Below, piece by piece: positions 8,360 to 17,452 of a stretch of DNA of 32,000 nt. The notes under the pieces were generated by a model that was given only the letters and a program-made list of their open reading frames with translations, was not told where the DNA came from and did not search any database. The stretch spans positions 150,001 through 182,000 of the forward strand of contig JAMWCX010000002.1 in the NCBI GenBank assembly GCA_023818895.1. The letters run 5' to 3'. Origin of the DNA: Candidatus Omnitrophota bacterium (GTDB lineage: Bacteria; Omnitrophota; Gorgyraeia; 2-01-FULL-45-10). Numbering within the stretch: position 1 is the stretch's first letter; each line of letters starts with the position of its first letter. The position numbers and the translations under genes are program-made.

Positions 8360-8775
8360 CAGGCTTTTTTTTCTTCAGTCTTATTTATCTTATCGAGGAT
8401 GCCGTTAACAAACTTCCCCGAATCCTTGTCTCCGTATTTCTTCGCTATATCTATCGCCTCGTTTATGGCGACCTTTGGGGGCGTGCCTTCCATAAAAAGT
8501 AGCTCGCATACACCGAATCTTAGTATATTCCTGTCGATAACGGCCATCCTGTCAAGCTCCCAGTTCGTCGCGTGTTTCGCTATCAAGGCATCAATATCTT
8601 CCTTGTTCTTATACACACTGCGGACGATTGCGTCGGCAAAGCTCTTGACCTGTGTTTCGGTAGCGTCCTGGCTCTTCCAAAAATTCTCGATGCATTTTTC
8701 CGGATCCTCCTTGGTTATCTCTATTGCGTAGAGGATCTTCAGCGCGCATTCACGCGCAAGAGTTCTTTTTCTCAT
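8359..8775 (-). CDS. nusB: Transcription antitermination factor NusB
   Basis: Typical NusB sequence: RTLARECALKILYAIE...LDRMAVIDRNILRFGVCELLF...PPKVAINEAIDIAKKYG. I placed the start at the internal ATG (MRKRT). The longer track ORF would overlap the end of ribH. Confidence 0.85.
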   Translation of the reverse strand: MRKRTLARECALKILYAIEITKEDPEKCIENFWKSQDATETQVKSFADAIVRSVYKNKEDIDALIAKHATNWELDRMAVIDRNILRFGVCELLFMEGTPPKVAINEAIDIAKKYGDKDSGKFVNGILDKINKTEEKKA

Positions 8776-8791
8776 ATCGTCTTCCCGACGT

Positions 8792-9256
8792 CTATATCTT
8801 ATCGTAGATATTAGCCATCTCGATAGCCGAGAGCGCGGCGTCGCGACCCTTGTTACCATCCTTGGTCCCCGCCCTCTCTATAGCCTGCTCCAGGTTATCA
8901 GCCGTTATTACGCCAAATATGCATGGCACTCCCGTGTCAAGAGACACCTTCGCCACACCTTTCGCGGCTTCGCTGGCCACAAACTCGAAATGCGGCGTCG
9001 CCCCTCTTATCACGGTACCAAGACACACGACCGCGTCGTATTTTTTAGATTTCGCAAGCTTAAGCGCCAGCATCGGTATCTCGAAGGATCCCGGCACCCA
9101 TACCACATCTATGCCGCTCTCCGGCACCCCGTGCCTCGTTAGCGTGTCAAGGCATCCTTCGAGGAGCTTCGATGAGATGAACTCGTTAAAACGCGATACT
9201 ACCACCGCAAACTTCTTACCCTTAGCAACTAACTCCGCTTTTATCACATTTGCCAT
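8792..9256 (-). CDS. ribH: 6,7-dimethyl-8-ribityllumazine synthase
   Basis: Shows the typical RibH blocks [34 protein letters not shown] and [11 protein letters not shown]. An RBS (GGAGGTG) lies upstream. Confidence 0.92.
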   Translation of the reverse strand: MANVIKAELVAKGKKFAVVVSRFNEFISSKLLEGCLDTLTRHGVPESGIDVVWVPGSFEIPMLALKLAKSKKYDAVVCLGTVIRGATPHFEFVASEAAKGVAKVSLDTGVPCIFGVITADNLEQAIERAGTKDGNKGRDAALSAIEMANIYDKI

Positions 9257-9343
9257 CTGTCACCTCCGGCTTTTATTCTGGTTTTGTATAACCCGACCCT
9301 TTTTTCAAAAGCTACGACAAATAGGTGGAGTCGAGAAGCTCCC

Positions 9344-10540
9344 CTAAAAATCTATATAGTGGCCCATTCTCTCTTTCTTCGTCTTCAGATATTTCCTGTT
9401 TGCCCTAGATGGAGGTATCTTCAAGGGCACTCTTTCGAGAACTTTAAGACCGTAACCCTCAAGCCCCACTATCTTCCTGGGATTATTTGTAAGCAGCTTT
9501 ATCTTTTTTAAACCAAGGTCAGCAAGTATCTGGGCGCCAATGCCGTAATCTCTAAGATCGTCTTTAAAACCAAGCGCCATGTTGGCATCTACGGTATCAA
9601 GGCCCTTGTCCTGAAGCTCATAGGCTTTTAGCTTATTAGCAAGTCCTATGCCACGGCCTTCCTGCCGCATGTATAAAACTACACCACCGCGGCTTTTGCC
9701 CACCAGCCTCATTGCCTCGCGAAGCTGCTGGCCACAGTCACAGCGCCGCGACCCAAAGACATCACCGGTCAGGCATTCTGAATGAACCCTAACTAACATG
9801 CCTTCTTTCTTTACCTTCCCCTTTACCAGAGCAATGTGGTGATATTTATCTGTAACCGATTCGTAAACGAAGGCCTTAAAAGTCCCAAAAGGCGTTGGTA
9901 TGGTTGTGGCGGCTATTTTTTTTATAAGCCTTTCCGACTTCCTCCTATATTCTATTAGATCCGCTATCGTACATATCTTAAGGCCGTGGGTTTTCGCAAA
10001 TTCAAACAGGTCCGATGTCCGCGCCATGGTACCGTCGTCTTTCATTATTTCGCATATTACGCCGACTGGAGGAAGGCCGGCAAGCCTCATAAGATCGATG
10101 CAGGCTTCGGTATGACCAGCCCGCACTAATACGCCGCCCTCACTTGCCCTTAGAGGAAAGACATGCCCCGGCCTTATCAGATCCGAAGATTTAGTACGCG
10201 GGTTTGCCAGTAATTTGATTGTGCGCGCCCTGTCATGCGCAGATATACCGGTTGTAATACCATGTCGCGAATCACATGAGATAGCCCATCCCGTCCGATA
10301 CGGATCGCGAGCACCTAGCGACATTGGATGCAGGTCCAGCTTGTCAAGCCTTGAGCCTTCCATCGGAACGCAGATGAGACCACGGCCTTCACGGGCCATG
10401 AAATTTATATCGGACGGCTTGGTGAATAAGGCCGCCATTATCAGGTCTCCCTCATTCTCGCGGTCGGCATCATCTACGACGATGACAATTCTGCCTTTTC
10501 TGATTTCAGCCAGTACTTCCGGTATTGAATTAAACTTCAT
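9344..10540 (-). CDS. ribBA: Bifunctional 3,4-dihydroxy-2-butanone-4-phosphate synthase / GTP cyclohydrolase II
   Basis: The RibB part carries [11 protein letters not shown] and RAGHTEA. The RibA part carries [18 protein letters not shown] and [11 protein letters not shown] placed the start at the ATG (MKFNS) rather than the TTG used by the ORF track. Confidence 0.92.
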   Translation of the reverse strand: MKFNSIPEVLAEIRKGRIVIVVDDADRENEGDLIMAALFTKPSDINFMAREGRGLICVPMEGSRLDKLDLHPMSLGARDPYRTGWAISCDSRHGITTGISAHDRARTIKLLANPRTKSSDLIRPGHVFPLRASEGGVLVRAGHTEACIDLMRLAGLPPVGVICEIMKDDGTMARTSDLFEFAKTHGLKICTIADLIEYRRKSERLIKKIAATTIPTPFGTFKAFVYESVTDKYHHIALVKGKVKKEGMLVRVHSECLTGDVFGSRRCDCGQQLREAMRLVGKSRGGVVLYMRQEGRGIGLANKLKAYELQDKGLDTVDANMALGFKDDLRDYGIGAQILADLGLKKIKLLTNNPRKIVGLEGYGLKVLERVPLKIPPSRANRKYLKTKKERMGHYIDF

Positions 10541-10550
10541 ATATCTTTCC

Positions 10551-10583
10551 AAAAAAATAACCCCGAAAATTCTCTTCGGGGTT
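10551..10583 (-). terminator. Intrinsic terminator (attenuator) forming the expression platform of the FMN riboswitch
   Basis: The minus strand forms a perfect 9-bp stem, AACCCCGAA-GAGAATT-TTCGGGGTT, followed by ATTTTTTT. It ends about 10 nt before the ribBA ATG. The left arm CCCCGAAGA is also exactly complementary to TCTTCGGGG at the 5' end of the aptamer, which gives a possible antiterminator pairing. Confidence 0.75.
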
Positions 10584-10622
10584 AAAAACGGCTAACAAAA
10601 ACCGATAACTGACGGTTGGGCT

Positions 10623-10852
10623 GTCTTCTTCCATCCCGACTATACGGTCGGCACTTGAATTTCACAAGTTCTGTCCGTCATTTTATAAGCGCCTATTTTA
10701 ATCGCCACTAAAAATGACGAACTCGCGGGCTTTTATCCCTTTAGGAATATCAATTAAAAAGGGATGAACCGCCGGTCGAGGAATCTATGCCCGCCAAAGT
10801 CAATCCTTCTAAAATTTGCTATGGCTAAAGCAATCTACCCCGCCCCGAAGAC
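10623..10852 (-). promoter_or_regulatory. FMN riboswitch (RFN element) aptamer upstream of ribBA
   Basis: The minus strand contains the conserved RFN core blocks in the correct order. These are GTCTTCGGGGCGGGG, TTCCTCGACCGGCGGT, AAGCCCGCGAG, ACTTGTGAAATTCAAGTGCCGACCGTATAGTCGGGATGGAAGAAGAC. P1 is closed by GTCTTC/GAAGAC. The element is about 230 nt because of insertions between the core blocks. Confidence 0.85.
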
Positions 10853-10858
10853 GGTTAT

Positions 10859-10886
10859 ATTATACCTACTTTTTATACCTTGTCAA
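10859..10886 (-). promoter_or_regulatory. Sigma70-type promoter of the rib operon
   Basis: The minus strand reads TTGACA, a 16-nt spacer, then TATAAT; both hexamers match consensus. This predicts a TSS about 7 nt downstream, coinciding with the first base of riboswitch P1. Confidence 0.65.
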
Positions 10887-10929
10887 CTGAATTTGGGGTA
10901 GCTTAGAACCCAAGAAAAGTGTCATGCTA

Positions 10930-10958
10930 TTGACAGCTGAAAACGCATATGATAATAT
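10930..10958 (+). promoter_or_regulatory. Sigma70-type promoter for the plus-strand unit, divergent from the rib promoter
   Basis: TTGACA, a 17-nt spacer, then TAATAT. An AAGGAGG RBS at 10974-10980 sits 5 nt before the ATG at 10986. Confidence 0.55.
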
Positions 10959-10985
10959 CAAGCTTACTAACAAAAGGAGGCATTG

Positions 10986-11462
10986 ATGAGAAAGTTCTTA
11001 ATTGTCGCGATGATAGCGTATGTTAGCCTGACGTCATGGGAGGCAATTTTCGCGGCTGATGAGGCAAAGCCCAAAACTGCACCACAAGTTCAGAAGGCAC
11101 CCCCGATGCCCCCGCGGATGGCTCCGCAAGGCATTCCGGCTGCCACGGGCAGAACCAACATTAACATGCTGTTCGGCAGCATTACCAATATTGACGCAAA
11201 AGACCCATCAAACATAAAGGTCGAGATTATGAGCGAGACTGATGGGAAGACGCAAATAGTGGAAGTCAACCAAGCAACCACAATCACAAAGGTCACAGAT
11301 GCCTCTGAGCTTAAAAAAGGAGAAAATGCCAGGGTGATGTTCAAGAGAGTAGATGATAAAAACGTTGCTATGGGCGTGATGTTCGGAAAGATAAGAAAGC
11401 TTAGCGTCCCGAAAGCGGCGGCGCCAGCGGCACCTGAGGCAAAATCACCACAGAAGAAATAG
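10986..11462 (+). CDS. Secreted hypothetical protein with a Pro/Ala-rich N-terminal linker and C-terminal tail
   Basis: Has a signal peptide (MRKFLIVAMIAYVSLTSWEAIFAA) and a strong RBS. I recognise no family. Its stop lies 8 nt before the next gene's ATG. Confidence 0.6.
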   Translation: MRKFLIVAMIAYVSLTSWEAIFAADEAKPKTAPQVQKAPPMPPRMAPQGIPAATGRTNINMLFGSITNIDAKDPSNIKVEIMSETDGKTQIVEVNQATTITKVTDASELKKGENARVMFKRVDDKNVAMGVMFGKIRKLSVPKAAAPAAPEAKSPQKK

Positions 11463-11470
11463 CGGTATTG

Positions 11471-12664
11471 ATGGAAAAAGAACAAGACAAGCTTCTGAGA
11501 CAGGAGATTGAGAGGCTCGAGTGGGAGTTCTCGCTTCTCTATGAGATCTCCAACGCGATGCGAACCACTCTCAACCTGGATCAGATATTATATATAATCC
11601 TCACGGCCCTCACATCGCATGAAGGGCTGGGCTTCAACCGCGCGATGCTCTTTCTGGTAAACGAGAAGGAGCAGGTGCTCGAAGGGGTTATGGGCATTGG
11701 CCCGCACACAGCGGAAGAAGCTGGGAAGATATGGCATGCCATCTCTCAGAAAAAAATGACGCTGGACGATTTCATAGCGTCATACGCGACTTTTAAAAAA
11801 GACCCCGAATCAAAACTTAATCAGATCGTAAAAGGCATCAAGATACCATTGAGAGAGGACATGGGAATACTGGCTCTCACGATACTGGAGGGCATGCCTT
11901 TTGAGATAACCACCCAGGAAGCAAAAAAGATTGTTGATCCAGAGATACAAAGGGCTCTCAATACCGATTTCTTCGTTACTATACCTCTAAAGGCCAAGGA
12001 CAAAGTCGTAGGCGCAATTCTTGTTGACAACATCTTTAACAAGAAACCTATAACTAAAGCGGATGTTAGAATGCTTGCCATGTTTGCCAGCCACGCCGGC
12101 CTCGCTATTGAAAATTCAAGGCTCTATGAGGAGACGGTGTATCTTTCAAATACCGACTGGCTTACGAAATTATGGAACTATGGCAAATTCCATCAGAGCC
12201 TTTCTTACGAGTTGGAAAAGTCGAAGATCGGGGACACGAGTGTGAGCCTCGTTATGGTTGATGTCGATAATTTCAAAAACTACAACGACACCCTCGGCCA
12301 CATGAAAGGCGATGAGGCGCTTAAAGCAATAGCCGGTGTCCTACAATCCAAGTCTCGCAAGGGTGATATCGTCGCCAGATATGGCGGAGAGGAATTCGCC
12401 ATAGTTATGCCAAATACCTCGAAGGAAAACGCGCGGCTTTTCGCCGAACGCCTGCGAAACGAGATTGAGAAGATGTTCTCTAACGAACCGGGCATAGATC
12501 CGGCAAAGGCCCTTACAATAAGCTGCGGCATCGCAACTTACCCGGAAGACGCCAACAAAAAAAGCGAGCTGATCTCACGCGCCGATCTCGCCCTTTATGA
12601 AGCAAAACACGCGGGTAAAAACAGGACTTGCGTATACTCCAAAGCGATGGAAGAAAAGAAATAA
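11471..12664 (+). CDS. GAF domain-containing diguanylate cyclase (GGDEF)
   Basis: The N-terminal region is GAF-like. The C-terminal GGDEF domain carries the active-site motif GGEEF. An RxxD I-site (RKGD) lies five residues upstream of it. Confidence 0.85.
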   Translation: MEKEQDKLLRQEIERLEWEFSLLYEISNAMRTTLNLDQILYIILTALTSHEGLGFNRAMLFLVNEKEQVLEGVMGIGPHTAEEAGKIWHAISQKKMTLDDFIASYATFKKDPESKLNQIVKGIKIPLREDMGILALTILEGMPFEITTQEAKKIVDPEIQRALNTDFFVTIPLKAKDKVVGAILVDNIFNKKPITKADVRMLAMFASHAGLAIENSRLYEETVYLSNTDWLTKLWNYGKFHQSLSYELEKSKIGDTSVSLVMVDVDNFKNYNDTLGHMKGDEALKAIAGVLQSKSRKGDIVARYGGEEFAIVMPNTSKENARLFAERLRNEIEKMFSNEPGIDPAKALTISCGIATYPEDANKKSELISRADLALYEAKHAGKNRTCVYSKAMEEKK

Positions 12665-12773
12665 GCCTGATAGCCGGCCTAAAAAGACTGCCCTGCGAAA
12701 CTAAAACTCAAAAGGGTATCCACAAGAAGCATAAATCAGATTTAATTAAAGAAGCGTGGATTTATTATGCCGC

Positions 12774-15700
12774 TTAGGCGGGGACTGTAGCGGCTTGCTG
12801 AGTTGTTGAGGATTCTTGCTGCGTTTGTTGTGACTTTGTTTCCGCCTGCGTCTTTTTCTTCTCATCCAGAAACTTTACTGAAACTATCTTCGAAACCCCT
12901 CTTTCCTGCATCGTTATGCCGTATATCACATCCGCAAGCTCCATCGTGCGCTTGTTATGCGTTATTATTATAAACTGCGACATTTTGACGAATTCCCTGA
13001 GGACACTTGCGAAGCGCACGACATTTGACTCATCAAGAGGCGCATCCAGCTCGTCAAGCACGCAGAACGGGCTGGGCTTTACCTTGAATATAGCGAAGAG
13101 AAGGGCGCAGGCGGTCAGCGCCTTTTCGCCGCCTGATAAAAGCATGAGATTCTGGAGCTTTTTCCCAGGCGGCCTTACTATTATCTCGATGCCCGATTCC
13201 AGTATATCCTGCTCGTCTATCAGCACCAGCTCCGCCTGCCCACCGCCGAAAAGCATACGAAAGAAATTCTTGAACTCAACCTGTATTTTCCTGAAAGTAT
13301 CTATAAACTGCTCCTTGGTGGTCTTATTAATCTTCTGTATCGCCTTCATCAGGGAATCTTTTGCGTTGACGAGATCCTCCTGCTGATGTATCAGGAAGTT
13401 ATTTCGTTCTTCAAGCTCTTTGTGCTCGTCAATCGCGACAAGATTAACCGGCCCCATCTTGTCAAGCTTGTCTTTAAGCTCAGCGACCTGGGCCTTTATT
13501 GCTTCCCAATCTATATTTTCCTCTATCTCCAAATGGGCTGTTTCAAGGTCTACTTTATAAGCCTGCAATATTTTGTCTTTTAGGTTGGTCTTCTTGAAGT
13601 TAAGCTCTGTGAGTTTTACGTCAATATCCCTTATCTGGTTTCTAAGGGCCTCCTGCCGGGCTTCATTTTCTTTAAGCCGAACTTCATCCATGCTAAGCCT
13701 CAAGACCAGATCGGCTCTTTCGCCTTCTACGGCCGAAGATTCCTCGGAAATTGTTTTCATCTCCGAGGAAATTGCATCATTATCAGACAGAAGCTTTGCG
13801 ATTTCTTCCTCAAGGGTCTTTATCTTTTCTGAGGTCTCCTTAAGAAGGGTTTCTTTGGAATAGATGGTATCTTCGAATTCAAAAAGAAGGGTCTGGTGTG
13901 ACCTCAGATTGTTCCTTACGCTCTCCTCCTCCTTCTCGAGCGATTGCGCCTCAGCCCTCAAAGTGGCCATCTCAAGAGTTATATTTTGGCGCTGCACATT
14001 CTTTTCGGAAATAAGATTTTGGGATTGGTCTATAAAATCCTGCATGGAGGACTTTTCTGCCTCTATCGCATTAAGTTCGGAATTCAGCGACTCCCCTCTG
14101 GCAGTTAGCTCCTCCAACATCTGGTTTACCTCTTCAAGTTCTGAATCCAGCAGGAATAGTTCGTCTTTGAGCTTCTGTACAGAGGCCCCCTGAGCATCCT
14201 TTTTTGTCCTGGCATTTGCCAGGTTTATATCTTCCTGATGAAGACCCGCCTCCATAGAGATTATTTCCGCTTGAAGGGCCTTGCCAATTCTCTCCTTCTC
14301 GGCACGGCAGCCTCCCAGAGAGAGGACTTTTTCTTCGCACATCCGAAGTTCCGCCTTAAGCTCTTCCAGCCGTTCGCGGCGCCCTATAAGCATGGACTCA
14401 CTGTTTTCACCGGAACTCCCTCCAAGCACCTTGCAACCGTCTACCATCTGGCCGGTTTTTGTCACAAACCGGCTGGCGTGCCGACCGGATACTCCCATTC
14501 CATCCCCAAGGGAATCCACAAGATAAGCGTCCCCAAAGAAATAATCCAGGACGATTTCGAACTTTGTGTCCGCCTTCACAAAATTCCTCAAGGTTACCCT
14601 GTCACTTGAAATGCCTCTGGCAGCTGCCTCATTTGGCCGGTTACGCAGTGACTCTAACGACAAAAAACAGGCCTTCCCCAAACTATTGGCATTGAGATAT
14701 TCCACCGCCCTTAGAGCATCACTCTCGGTCTCTGTTATTATAAGCTGGGCGTCGTCTCCCAGTAGGACGGATACCGCCTCTTCGTATCCCCTGTCTACTT
14801 TTACGATATTTGCTAAAGCTCCCAGTATACCGCTAAATAAAGCTTCACCCTCAGCGGATTTTAAAAGTATGCTTCTGACACCATTCTTAAAACCCTCATA
14901 TGTCTTCAGGCTTTCCTCAAGCATCTCTATTTTCGATAAAAGGGCGGATCTTTTGTTATCTTCTTTAGCTATCTCCAGTTCTATAGTCTTTACAGCCGAT
15001 AAGGCCTCCTCGCTTGCCCTCCTCTTTGACTCTAGCTCTTGGCGCAACGCAAGAACCTTGTTCTCGATTGTTTTGAACCCCAACAAAACTTCCGAAAGTG
15101 CCTTTTCGGCAGATTCCAACTCCTTGGCGACATCGCCCTTTTCGATTTCAAGCCTGCGCTGACGCGCCTTTCTGTTCTGAATATCGGCACCTATCTTTAT
15201 AAGATCGTTTTTTATCTTCGTCTCCTTGGCAAGATAATCGACTATCCGCACCTTGAATTCCTTGACTCGCGATTCAGTCTCTTCGATCTCTCTGGCTATA
15301 TTAACAAGCATAGCCTCCCGCTCGCTTACGGCCTTCTGCTTCTCAGCTCTCCCTGAGGCGGCCTTATCAAGATCCGACTTCAGGCTTTCGACAAGAGCCT
15401 TTTCAGCGCCGATTTTCTCGGCTATAGATTCGACCTCCTTGCGCAAACCGTCCTGCAGCTCGATGGACTCGGCTATTCTTTCCCTGTTCACCTCTATCTT
15501 ATGTTTATTCATGTCGAGTAAATTCGACATCTCGGATATACGGCTACGAATAGCAGTCATCTTATTATTGAAATCATTAAGAGCTCGCCTCTGGGCTTCT
15601 ATGTTTGAGGCTATTTCCGCAATGCAAGCGCTAAGCTCTTTTTCCCTGGCCCTCGTATCATCGCTTTCAACTGTATATGTCGCCTCCTGCGTCTTCAGGC

Positions 15701-16406
15701 TTTTGTATTCTGTAAAGGAAAGTTTTATCTCCATCTCTTTTAGTTTTTCAAAATCTATTTTGTATCGCTCTGCCTTTTTGGCTTGTCTCTCTATAGAAGC
15801 TATTTGCCGCTTTACCTCAGTGATGATATCGTTTATTCGAAGGAGATTCTGCTCGGTCTGTTCCAACTTCCTTAAGGCTTCTTTTTTCTTGGCCTTATAT
15901 TTAGTTATACCGCTCGCCTCCTCAAAAACATAACGTCTGTCTTCGGGCTTGGAGCTAAGTATCATATCCATTTTGCCCTGTTCGATTATGGAATAGCTCT
16001 CCGTGCCGATGCCTGTTCCCATAAGAAGATCGGATATATCTTTAAGCCTTACAGGGGTCTTGTTAAGAAGATATTCGCTTTCGCCGGAACGAAATATTCT
16101 GCGGGTTATAGTGACCTCGTCATAATCTATGGGAAGGGCCCTGTTTTCGTTCGAGAATGTCAGGGATACTTCCGCGAAATTGATTGGCTCTTTATTGTCG
16201 GTGCCGTTGAAGATGACGTCCTGCATACTGGACGCGCGAAGGGATTTTGCGGATTGTTCTCCGAGGACCCATCGGATGGAATCGGCTACATTGGATTTGC
16301 CACAGCCGTTTGGTCCGACGACAGCTGTAACGCCGGGCTCGAAGTTAAGCTTCGTCTTTTCGGCAAATGACTTGAACCCTATCAGTTCAAGTGATTTAAA
16401 ATACAT
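12774..16406 (-). CDS. smc: Chromosome segregation protein SMC
   Basis: 1210 aa. The N-terminal Walker A is GPNGCGKSN within MYFKSLELIGFKSF...VVGPNGCGKSNVADSIRWVLGEQS. Long coiled coils flank a hinge. The C-terminus has the signature LSGGEKALTA and Walker B FCVLDELDAPLD. Confidence 0.95.
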   Translation of the reverse strand: MYFKSLELIGFKSFAEKTKLNFEPGVTAVVGPNGCGKSNVADSIRWVLGEQSAKSLRASSMQDVIFNGTDNKEPINFAEVSLTFSNENRALPIDYDEVTITRRIFRSGESEYLLNKTPVRLKDISDLLMGTGIGTESYSIIEQGKMDMILSSKPEDRRYVFEEASGITKYKAKKKEALRKLEQTEQNLLRINDIITEVKRQIASIERQAKKAERYKIDFEKLKEMEIKLSFTEYKSLKTQEATYTVESDDTRAREKELSACIAEIASNIEAQRRALNDFNNKMTAIRSRISEMSNLLDMNKHKIEVNRERIAESIELQDGLRKEVESIAEKIGAEKALVESLKSDLDKAASGRAEKQKAVSEREAMLVNIAREIEETESRVKEFKVRIVDYLAKETKIKNDLIKIGADIQNRKARQRRLEIEKGDVAKELESAEKALSEVLLGFKTIENKVLALRQELESKRRASEEALSAVKTIELEIAKEDNKRSALLSKIEMLEESLKTYEGFKNGVRSILLKSAEGEALFSGILGALANIVKVDRGYEEAVSVLLGDDAQLIITETESDALRAVEYLNANSLGKACFLSLESLRNRPNEAAARGISSDRVTLRNFVKADTKFEIVLDYFFGDAYLVDSLGDGMGVSGRHASRFVTKTGQMVDGCKVLGGSSGENSESMLIGRRERLEELKAELRMCEEKVLSLGGCRAEKERIGKALQAEIISMEAGLHQEDINLANARTKKDAQGASVQKLKDELFLLDSELEEVNQMLEELTARGESLNSELNAIEAEKSSMQDFIDQSQNLISEKNVQRQNITLEMATLRAEAQSLEKEEESVRNNLRSHQTLLFEFEDTIYSKETLLKETSEKIKTLEEEIAKLLSDNDAISSEMKTISEESSAVEGERADLVLRLSMDEVRLKENEARQEALRNQIRDIDVKLTELNFKKTNLKDKILQAYKVDLETAHLEIEENIDWEAIKAQVAELKDKLDKMGPVNLVAIDEHKELEERNNFLIHQQEDLVNAKDSLMKAIQKINKTTKEQFIDTFRKIQVEFKNFFRMLFGGGQAELVLIDEQDILESGIEIIVRPPGKKLQNLMLLSGGEKALTACALLFAIFKVKPSPFCVLDELDAPLDESNVVRFASVLREFVKMSQFIIITHNKRTMELADVIYGITMQERGVSKIVSVKFLDEKKKTQAETKSQQTQQESSTTQQAATVPA

Positions 16407-16509
16407 ATGACCTTATGTATAAAGCCGTATAAAATTTATAAAAAAATATAAAATTGTATAAATTAGAATAACCAGAATAAAAGTGTAATGAAGTATATCA
16501 CAGGATTAT

Positions 16510-16540
16510 AAAAAAGTCAACCCCTGAGGCTGACTTTTTT
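16510..16540 (-). terminator. Intrinsic terminator ending the long minus-strand gene array (after the HAD gene)
   Basis: The minus strand reads AAAAAAGTCAGCC-TCAGG-GGTTGACTTTTTT. The stem has 8 positions with one mismatch and is flanked by A and T runs, so it could act in both directions. Confidence 0.65.
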
Positions 16541-16568
16541 ATTTAACTCATGTATGGCGTGCGAGGAA

Positions 16569-17174
16569 TTAGGACAGGACTCCCTTTTCTTTCATTTTAA
16601 CCTTAAGCTTTTCTATGCCTTCGAATCTAATAGAATCGATGCCCATTTGCTCAGCTTCTTTTACAAGATCCTCCCTATCGTCTATATATAATAATTTCGA
16701 ACGATCGCCGCCGGCGCGTCTTATCACATCTTCAAAAATTATCCGGTCCGGCTTCATGGCACCCACCATAAATGATAATATAACATCATCAAAAATATTT
16801 ATAATATCAAATTTTTTCCTTATATATTCAAAATGGGACCTGTTTACATTTGACAAAAGAAAAAGTCTATAATGTTCTTTGAGGCTCCTTGCGAGAGCGC
16901 ACATGTCGATATCTTCCCAGAAGATATCATTCCATATATCCATGAAATCTTTATATGGAATGTTTATGCCGAGATGGTTTTTAGTTTTTCTGTAAAATTC
17001 CCTCGGCGAGATCAGTCCCTTTTCGAAATCTCGTGTAAGATGAGAGTCGAAAAATGTGTCGTACACCTTTTTGCTATCGAGATGGAAAAGGTTGACTATC
17101 TTACGCGCTGATATATTGTGGTCGAATCTTATGAGAGTGTTGCCTAGATCAAATACTATATGAGTATAAGCCAC
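16569..17174 (-). CDS. HAD-superfamily hydrolase, YihX-like (subfamily IA)
   Basis: Motif I is FDLGNTL, as in E. coli YihX (FDLGNV). Motif II is LLSN. Motifs III/IV are KPD and YIDD. The overall length and layout match YihX-type sugar-phosphate phosphatases. Confidence 0.8.
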   Translation of the reverse strand: MAYTHIVFDLGNTLIRFDHNISARKIVNLFHLDSKKVYDTFFDSHLTRDFEKGLISPREFYRKTKNHLGINIPYKDFMDIWNDIFWEDIDMCALARSLKEHYRLFLLSNVNRSHFEYIRKKFDIINIFDDVILSFMVGAMKPDRIIFEDVIRRAGGDRSKLLYIDDREDLVKEAEQMGIDSIRFEGIEKLKVKMKEKGVLS

Positions 17175-17193
17175 GTCCGCCAGCTTGCCGGTA

Positions 17194-17433
17194 TTATTTT
17201 TTAATCATCGCCTTATGAAATACTTTATGACAGGCCCTGCCGTAGCGCAAACCGGTCTTTGATAACTCTGCGTCCGTAATTAGGTAGACATACATTATAG
17301 TCAATACCACAAGAGAGGCTGCAATCGAGTTACCAGCTGCTCTAAGGACACCCTTTTCTCTTTGAGCTAGAATGCAGAGCGTGCAACTTATGCCGAGCAT
17401 TATAAAAACCCAGAAGGCGCCTAACATCATCAT
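17194..17433 (-). CDS. Small hypothetical membrane protein (two predicted TM helices)
   Basis: I placed the start at ATGATGATG, preceded by a strong RBS (AAGGAGG, 6-nt spacing). The longer track ORF would overlap the end of truA. There are two hydrophobic segments. I recognise no family. Confidence 0.45.
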   Translation of the reverse strand: MMMLGAFWVFIMLGISCTLCILAQREKGVLRAAGNSIAASLVVLTIMYVYLITDAELSKTGLRYGRACHKVFHKAMIKK

Positions 17434-17452
17434 AAGATACCTCCTTCTTTTT

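Noticed and set aside
8776-8859. An N-terminal extension of the nusB ORF ([15 protein letters not shown]...).
   Set aside because: The extension would overlap the 3' end of ribH by 68 nt and is Arg-rich non-NusB sequence. The internal ATG (MRKRTLARE) gives a normal-length NusB 16 nt downstream of the ribH stop.
12716-12724. A DnaA-box-like 9-mer (GTATCCACA) in the smc/GGDEF convergent spacer, with a similar CTATCCACA near 3085.
   Set aside because: These are isolated 8/9 matches with no clustering and no AT-rich unwinding element next to them. The second lies inside a coding region. This is not evidence for an origin.
12916-16410. A chain of plus-strand ORFs of 65-226 aa tiling the region opposite smc.
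   Set aside because: All are antisense to a 1210-aa SMC gene with intact Walker A, signature and Walker B motifs. Their products are Ser/Leu/Phe-rich and low-complexity, as expected from the complement of Glu/Lys/Leu-rich coiled-coil codons. There are no start-site signals.
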